Part shown: positions 56,769 through 64,000 of the stretch, one piece after another
How the letters are laid out: every line of letters begins with the position of its first letter
Numbering within the stretch: position 1 is the first letter of the stretch
Source: Craspedostauros australis
Lineage: Eukaryota
NCBI GenBank assembly: GCA_030167865.1
Contig: JALAGF010003145.1
Coordinates: 62,001 to 126,000 of the forward strand
Length of the DNA: 64,000 nucleotides
Reading direction: 5' to 3'
The notes under the pieces: generated by a model
What the model saw: the letters and a program-made list of their open reading frames with translations, nothing else
The model's database searches: none
What the model was told of the DNA's origin: nothing
Made by a program: the position numbers and the translations under genes

Positions 56769-58991
56769 ATGGGAAGGAGGAACAGATCATCGTCGCATTC
56801 TGCGTCGGAGTTGCTCAACTTCCACTTCAGCAAAAGCGTGCCACCTCAAACACCGAATCCATCCGGCAGCTCCAACTCGCAGCGTCACGATCATGGCCGC
56901 AACAACAACTCGCGAGGCCAACGCAAGAACAAGCGTCATCAGCAGCAGCGCTATCAGAGGTCAGCCCAGGATCGGGCCTCCGCAAGACGAACCGCCAAGA
57001 ATGGGATGTTCTACCTCCATTCCTCGGCCGACCATGCCTTCATCCTCACAAGGCAACGGCCTGACAAGACCGGCCATCACACGTACTCTTTCTCCGGCTG
57101 CGACGATCCCGTCTCATGGGACAGCGTCCGGGCGGTCACGCAGATAGTCCAAGTCAAGCCAGCGAAGGCCGCTGCCAGCGCCGCTGCGTCCGAGGATCAC
57201 ACCTCGTGTCCAATCTGCCTGGACGACTTCACTTGCCCCAGAATCACCAAATGTGGCCACGCCTTCTGCCTGCCTTGCATTCTGCGCCACAACCAATCCT
57301 CGTACGAGATCAACCCTTACACCCACGTCAAGTGTCCGTGCTGCGGCATCCCCCTCATCACCAACGATCTCAAACCTGTCACGTTCCGCACCGTCGATAC
57401 CAAAGTCGTTGGAAGCCATATACGGCTCAAGAAGCTTCACAGACACCGGGAATGCCCCGCCCCGTACCTGCCATTGCCAGACGCGAAGGCGCACGGCAAC
57501 CCGCACACCGCGCCCTGCACGACAGATGGCGATTCCATATATTCCAGATTCAACTACGTCGACCCGCACAGCCACCAGCAGCGCCTGTCCGACGAACACA
57601 GCGATCTGACCGCCGCAGCCACGGAACTGTCCAGAAACAACTGCTCCTACGCTGCGGTGGAATTGACATTCGTTGCTCTTGCCTTGGAGATCGTCGATTT
57701 AGAACGCGCCCGCGCGGCTTCCGAATGCGACGCCGAGATCCGCGACATGAATCGTTTCAAGCAGCCGACGTCCGGCATGTACTTGAAGCAATCGCCCGCT
57801 TTGGTGCCCAATATTGTGGAAGCCGACGCGGCGTCGGAACCCAACGAGGTTTGCAAGGTGGACATGGATGAAGTGCGCAATGCGCTGGCCGAAATTGACG
57901 AAGCAAAAGCAAAGGAGGAAGTGAGCTTGAATGCCAGCTTCTCGCAAAGCGCGGGAGCCGGTTCCGTTTCTGAATCTGCATGCGACGACACTTCCGATGT
58001 CAAGGAGAGAGAGTCGAAACCACGCAACAGCAAAAACACTGCCCCGTCATCCATGTACCTCTCGCCCGACTCCGTTCTATTTTACCAATCCGAAGATGGA
58101 CAGCTCGTCTTTCTGAATGGATTCAATGTAACATGTTTGCTTGCGGAATTCACAAAACTGCCACCGCAGGACAGCTGCAGCGGTGACGATGCGCATGACA
58201 CCGAATCGATGGCAGCGTCTAAGCCATCGGCGAAGAAGACAGCGCAGGCTCCGCCGCTGCCCGACTACATCGAGGGCAACATCGTGGAAGTCGAAACGAT
58301 CCATCTAACCCCCGAGGCTCGACGGCGGCTGTCCTTCCTCTCTCACTTGCCGCTATACACGGACGTGACGATGGTCGAGCTTGATCTCGGTCGTGTCCTG
58401 AGCAATGTCACGAAGAAAAAGTTCAGCGCCGAATTCGCAAAACGCAAGAAAAAACGGAACATGAAGAAGGACGCCGAAAAGAAGGCAGATCGAGAGGCCA
58501 AGGAAAGGGAAGCCAAGCTAGTGGAGGAGCGCAAGGCGAGGATCCAGACCATCGATCCCAACGACACCTTCTTCCGGCATGCCGCGGCTGCGTCGATGGA
58601 GGATATGGGCGATTTCAATGCCCTCTTCCCGACCAACGACGTGGCAGAATATCACCAGGCAAGCAGCGGCAACAGCGCAACCGCAGCTGCTGGTGGTGCC
58701 AATCATCTGCACAATCATCCTGGATCCCATGATCTGCTCAACTTCTCCCAGGCCGCAAGAGGGGTGGTCGTTACGCAAAGCGTCGATGACTTTCCAACGC
58801 TGGGAACCTCGTCGGCTGCCCCTGCGACACAACCAAGGACTTCGGGATGGGGCGCTCCCGCATCGGCAGCAGCCACACGGCCAGCACCAGTGAAGGCGCC
58901 AGGCGGAGGACGCAAAGGCAAGGGCAAGAAGAAGAAAGGTGGGCAAAAGATGGTTCTATTCAGTACCGGCGGACAACGAGGATCAGGTTGA
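56769..58991 (+). CDS. RNF10: RNF10/Mag2-like RING E3 ubiquitin ligase
   Basis: Motifs LLNFHF, DDPVSWDSV, RING CPICL..CGHAFCLPC..CPCC, FYQSEDGQLVFL, RRRLSFLSHLP..VELDL, and terminal GKKKKGGQKMVLFSTGG. Confidence 0.92.
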   Translation: MGRRNRSSSHSASELLNFHFSKSVPPQTPNPSGSSNSQRHDHGRNNNSRGQRKNKRHQQQRYQRSAQDRASARRTAKNGMFYLHSSADHAFILTRQRPDKTGHHTYSFSGCDDPVSWDSVRAVTQIVQVKPAKAAASAAASEDHTSCPICLDDFTCPRITKCGHAFCLPCILRHNQSSYEINPYTHVKCPCCGIPLITNDLKPVTFRTVDTKVVGSHIRLKKLHRHRECPAPYLPLPDAKAHGNPHTAPCTTDGDSIYSRFNYVDPHSHQQRLSDEHSDLTAAATELSRNNCSYAAVELTFVALALEIVDLERARAASECDAEIRDMNRFKQPTSGMYLKQSPALVPNIVEADAASEPNEVCKVDMDEVRNALAEIDEAKAKEEVSLNASFSQSAGAGSVSESACDDTSDVKERESKPRNSKNTAPSSMYLSPDSVLFYQSEDGQLVFLNGFNVTCLLAEFTKLPPQDSCSGDDAHDTESMAASKPSAKKTAQAPPLPDYIEGNIVEVETIHLTPEARRRLSFLSHLPLYTDVTMVELDLGRVLSNVTKKKFSAEFAKRKKKRNMKKDAEKKADREAKEREAKLVEERKARIQTIDPNDTFFRHAAAASMEDMGDFNALFPTNDVAEYHQASSGNSATAAAGGANHLHNHPGSHDLLNFSQAARGVVVTQSVDDFPTLGTSSAAPATQPRTSGWGAPASAAATRPAPVKAPGGGRKGKGKKKKGGQKMVLFSTGGQRGSG

Positions 58992-59172
58992 GGCGGGTTA
59001 GACCACTGCCGTCGCGGAGTTGAGTGGACACGCTCTGATGGAGGTGCGTGGTTGGCCTTTGGTGGCGAATCCTCGGTGGTATTCCATTCGGCGCTGTTCT
59101 GACCAACCTACCTGCTTCCCAACACTTTTTATTCATGACGAAGTTAACACATAATACAACAATAGCAATAAC

Positions 59173-59199
59173 ACAACAACAACAACAACAACAACAACA
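59173..59199. repeat. (CAA)n microsatellite
   Basis: acaacaacaacaacaacaacaacaa read directly. Confidence 0.9.
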
Positions 59200-59462
59200 A
59201 ATAAATAAACATGAACTTGGCATGACATACCGTTGTGCGCCTACAAGTACGTGTGGAGAGGAGGGTGATGTGACGCTCCAGTCCTCATTGTTCGTACATG
59301 TCCTGCCACAAATCCTCGTACACACGTCGAAACAGCCGAAGAACCACAAAATCCAAAAAGATCCAAAGATCGCTTCTTGAACCAATCCTCCACAAAATCA
59401 CAGAGTCAGCTTCGTCATATCTGCAGTACGACTCATACATACTGACAAACCACAAGAGGACG

Positions 59463-60232
59463 ATGGATCAGCGAGAGGCTCCGTCGGCGATGGCTGCGAC
59501 AACAAAGACGACACACAACGATCACTCGCTGCCGTCGTATCTTTGCTTGGTGCCACGGGGATTGCAACACGTGGTGTCTTCGGTTGTGCACGAACGACTG
59601 TCGCCAGCGTATCAGGTCCATGTGGACTTGCTGGGTGAGAGCGATGAGAGAAACGACGCCGTCCTCTCCGCCACAACCCAGAAGATAAATGCGAAACGGG
59701 ATAAGCGCGTGCGCAAGATGAAGATGAAGCAGGCAAAGGCATCCGCGAAGGCGCCGGATTCTGCTGCAGTTTCCAACGATGCGAACAACACGTTCTGCGA
59801 CCGTCCTGTTGGTTCCATCATGATGAAGTCTTCCGAGCTGGATTGCCAGAAGGCTGGTTGCGAATCAGCAAAGGCCCGCGAGACGGACAAAGATGATTCG
59901 ATGGAAGTTGAAATGCATGTGGACGCTGTGCCCACGCAGAATCCGACGGCAACGTCAGCACAGACAGGATCCAAGCAACCCACTGTGCATGATGAAGAAG
60001 TGCATGTCGGGATTGGTTATCATCGCGATGGACGACACATTTGGAGCCAGGCAGGACAGCTCAATGGATCTGTCTGGTACAAGCTGCAGACGGACGCACC
60101 TGTCAAGGTCGTCGCCAAACTGCGCTGCTTCGGTCCATTGCTGGCTCTTGTATCGGCCACTTCGGCGCAGGCAATGAGGCTAGGACCGCACGCGAACCTC
60201 GAAGATGCTTGCACGGACCTGGTCGGTTGGAT

Positions 60233-60265
<33 letters not shown>

Positions 60266-61601
60266 TGATCAGTACACGGCGAATTTCGAATCCGCAGTGC
60301 GTCTGTGGGCGCAGCACGCAACCCAGACATGGAATAGGCACGACCTGCGTTCACAATCAAGGGAAGGGGCGGACATCAAGGATGACAATACCGAGATGGA
60401 TGATGCGAAGGATTTCATCGACTACAAGAAGCGCCATGAAGCAGGCTCCGTAGCGTATCGATTGTCATGCTTGCGATCCGGATCGAGCGGCAGAAGCAGT
60501 CGGAGCGCGAACAAGTACCGCTACACAAGGCAAGAGTTGCTGACGAGGATGCTGGACAATGGCCTCGTCCCGCAATCCTATCAATCCAAGTGGAAGGTGG
60601 ACCTGACGCAGTACGACGTGGAGGTGCTGCTCCTGATCCTCAACCGCAGCATGGTCGCGGTGGCGCTGAGTCTGAGACCCTACCAGCTGCGTAGCGCAAC
60701 GTCGTTTTCCAACGGCTCGCTGCCTCCGGATTTGACAGATCCGTACATTGGCGGTGACATTCTGTCTGGTCTGGTTCGGCTGCGGCCCACCACCGCGCAT
60801 CTGCTATTGAAACTTGCCAACGTCCAACCAGGCGATATCGTTCTGGATCCGTGTGCAGGAATCGGAACGATACCGCTCGAGATAGACCATCACTACTTCG
60901 ATGGCGCGCGAAGGGCCATCGGTCTTGGCGGTGATCTTGTGCTTGGGAGCGGCACAACGATCGATCATGCGGCCATGCAGCTGCTGGCTGCATCGAAGAG
61001 GGGCAACAACGCAGCAGCAATGGGAAGGGAACACGTCGACAACCTCGTTGGCTGGGATGCTTCATTGCTGCCCATCCGCACCGGAAGCGTGGATGTGGTC
61101 GTCACGGATCTGCCATTCGGGCAGTCATGCCTTTCTGCCGTGGCCCTGACCAACTTCCTTCCCCTCGTCTTCCTGGAGATGGCGAGGGTGTTGGCACCAT
61201 CGGCTGCGTCGGCTTCGTCGTTGCCATCGCGGGCGGTGTTGCTGTGCGGATCGAATCACGAGGTCGTCATGGAAGCGCTGGCCGCCAGTCAGCGACATTG
61301 GAAGCTGCCCTACGCATCCATTCTCCCTGTCAATATTACTGGCATCCTCACTTGGGTGTTTGTGATCGAACGCAATGGAGTGGAATTCGAACCGTCCATT
61401 ACCAACCATGTCGAACGCGTCCGGAAGATGACGAAGAAGAGAGCCACAAAAGCGCAGCATGAGAAGAGTGCAAGTCACGGCCATGCGAAGAGCAATAATA
61501 ACAAGGGTAAGAAGGATGTGAGGAGAGGGAAGGATGGTACGGAGGGTGCAAGCGATCTCCGGGGGAATCAACTAAAAAAGAAGAAGCGGATCCAGCATTG
61601 A
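59463..61601 (+). CDS. THUMP-domain m2G RNA methyltransferase (THUMPD2/3, Trm14-like)
   Basis: N-terminal LCLVPRGL. THUMP-like YRLSCLR..WKVDLTQYDVEV. MTase motifs LRPTTAHLL, IVLDPCAGIGTIPLE, WDASLLP and VDVVVTDLPFG. Contains (CAG)10 polyQ at 60234-60263. Confidence 0.88.
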
Positions 61602-62240
61602 TCGCTGGACATGACAGTCTACGAGTTATTGAATGTAGTTTTAGCGCTCTCTCTCTCTCTCTCTCTGGAATGTTGTGATGTTGTTGGATAGAACACAGCG
61701 TACCTGGGTGGTGGCGTGGCATGAATACAACAATCCCTGTCATATAACAGGTAGAAGCACTCAAGACTGCTGCTCCCTGCCCATGCCCTGATCGACGACA
61801 GCAGCCTGTTTCGTCCGGTGCACTCCAACTCTGGTGTGCCAAACCGCACGTAGTTTCGGTTTATTCACCTCGTCACGGAGGCTATTTGTGTGATGTTCGC
61901 GCTCGCCCACCCCTTTGGAAATTTAGCGATTGTGATGCCGCGCTGGTGGCGCCAAATTCGAGGTTTCGCGTCGCATTTTCTGATTCTTCGTTTCGCTCCA
62001 GAGTTTTGGCAAACGAATGACGATAACAGGAAGTATTAGTTTGGACACATCCGCTCCGCCACTTTCACACACAGAGAGCAACATCATCCGCGACAACAAC
62101 ACACTCATTGCATTCTGATTGAAGGCGTCACTTTTTGTGATCCATTGCATTGCATGTTGCTGGCTACTCCATCATCTGCTCCACAGAGTCAAGAAGGAAG
62201 GAAGAAAGGAAGGAGAGTGCTCTGCAGGGACATCCATCCC

Positions 62241-64000
62241 ATGAGCAGCAACATCCAATCGGTGACCGTTGAGGCGGACGGTTCGATTTCAGTGCAAGAA
62301 TCTGACGAACACAGCAGCCTCGATAGTTCCAACAACTCCATCGCCGATGGTCGTGTCAGTAGTGCCAATACTCGTACAGCGTTGCAACATCCAACCGCAG
62401 GCGCCAATACTGACAGCGACACTGCGATCCCCACCGACCTGCGTGACAAGATCAAGCGAATTGCCGTGGTGACGACGGCTTCCTTGCCATGGAGAACCGG
62501 GACGGCAGTCAATCCGCTTGCGAGAGCGTTGCATCTATCGAGAGGGCGCAAGGCAGGCCATGTCACGCTCGCTATTCCGTGGCTGGCCACGCCGCAAGAG
62601 CAGGCCAAAGTGTACGGCAGCGGCACATCGATGCCCTTCTTCGAAACTCAGGCGGATCAGATAGAATGGATACGTGAATACTGTTCCGAACGGATGGGTT
62701 GCGCAGGTGAGTGGCCGTATTTGCGTGGAGTATAGTACTCTTCTGACTCTACCAAAATTCATATTCAAACCTATAACATGTCCATGCTCACATTCACATT
62801 CCATGTTGCTCTCCTCGAATCGACTCAACTCGACCCCAAACTATTTCATTTCCATTGGCTCCAACAGATGAAGCAAAGGACATAGAATTCCTGTTCTATG
62901 AAGCAACCTTCAACGACTCCTTCGGTTCCATCTTCGCGACGGAGGACATCTGCTCGTTGATTTCCACGGAGAGTGCCGACGTCGTCATCCTCGAGGAGCC
63001 TGAGCATCTCAATTGGTTCCGCGTGCCACCCACCATGGAAGCGGAGAAAGGCGAGGACACACCAGGGCCAGTCAAATCGCAATCGCATCTGGGTTGGACG
63101 GCGAAGTTTCCCTACGTCATTGGCATCCTTCACACGAACTACGCGGCCTACGTCAACCAGTATGGCTACAGCACCGTCATTGCGTCGGCCGCGGTCGACG
63201 TCTTCAGCAAGTTGGTGGTGCAGGCCTACTGCCATCGGTTGATCCGTCTCAGCGCCACGCTGCCCTGCTTCGATCCCGCCAAGGAGGTGACGTCCAACGT
63301 TCATGGCGTGCGAGATGAATTCCTGCAGTCGGAATCGACCGAGGCAAACAGACAGCCCAACACCGCCGTCAGCACCAACGTGATGAGCAATAAAAGCAAT
63401 AATGGCAACAGCGGCGGCACTGCTGATACAGGCGACAGCAACGACAACGACAACAGTACGACCAACGGAGACAGCAATGGCAGCAACAGTCTGTACCCAA
63501 TCTACTTCATTGGCAAGATCATCTGGGCAAAGGGCTTTGGACAGTTGCTGCACCTCCAGGAGAGTTACCGCGCTCGGACTGGCGAGTACTTCGGGATGGA
63601 TGTGTACGGGTCCGGCAAGGATGAGAATGCAATTCGCAGGGCATTCTTTGGACGTGTCGGTCGTCGGCGCAAGGCGAAGGTCCACAAGGATTGCAACAGC
63701 ATCATCAGTAACGGCAGCGGCGACGCAGAAAGTGGCGACGGCAGTTCGGACAACAGCAGTGACGGTTACGACGGCAAGCGAGCCAGCAGATCGATGACAT
63801 CCAAGCAGGATCAAGCAGCAGCTGCCGTGTTCGAGGCACCATCGATCCGACAGAAGATAAACAGCCACCCGCTGCACGATGACACCCCTTTGCTGATACC
63901 TGCGATGGACACCTCCACAGCGACAACCGCCACGATGACTACAACGACGACGACAAGCCAGAATCAGGCGTCGATGGAAGGCAGTACCGCAGACCACGAT
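62241..64000 (+). CDS. DGD: Digalactosyldiacylglycerol synthase-like GT4 glycosyltransferase; 3' partial
   Basis: Exons 62241-62706 and 62868 to the window end (G|gtgagt...acag|AT). Motifs VVTTASLPWRTGTAVNPLARA, LAIPW, FGSIF, ILEEPEHLNWF, GILHTNY, YCHRLIRLS, NVHGVR, YFIGKIIWAKG and DVYGSG. Confidence 0.93.

Noticed and set aside
62846-63997. 383-aa minus-strand ORF
   Set aside because: Antisense to DGD exon 2, which runs off the window and so is absent from the ORF track.

Overview
Gene-dense eukaryotic nuclear DNA, almost certainly from a diatom. Evidence: GT-AG spliceosomal introns, signal peptide plus Phe (ASAFAP-type) plastid presequences, an Lhcr/Lhcz-type antenna gene and a nuclear psbM. 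I can support about 27 protein-coding genes; for 11 spliced ones I reconstructed the exons by hand. They encode a prolyl 4-hydroxylase, a DUF1995 protein, a cap-1 methyltransferase, two bestrophin-like channels, an LHC protein, PsbM, a YqeH/BPG2-type GTPase, dynein LC8, an unannotated PD-(D/E)XK-like protein, a T7-like mitochondrial RNA polymerase, a papain-family protease, MATE/MFS/ABC transporters, a sulfotransferase, two HMG-box proteins, an ankyrin-repeat protein, ChaN-like and other lumenal proteins, Eaf6, a CGL160-like protein, RNF10, a THUMP methyltransferase and a DGDG synthase. I saw no tRNA, rRNA, CRISPR array or recognisable transposon. The best novelty candidate is the restriction-endonuclease-fold ORF, which has a possible mitochondrial presequence and lies directly downstream of the mitochondrial RNA polymerase gene. 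Other notable observations are a 9-nt microexon, a recent 3x102-nt coding repeat in an SLC43-like transporter, an NSYG-variant cathepsin, and several structured or motif-dense non-coding stretches. All family calls come from motif recognition by eye, not database searches.
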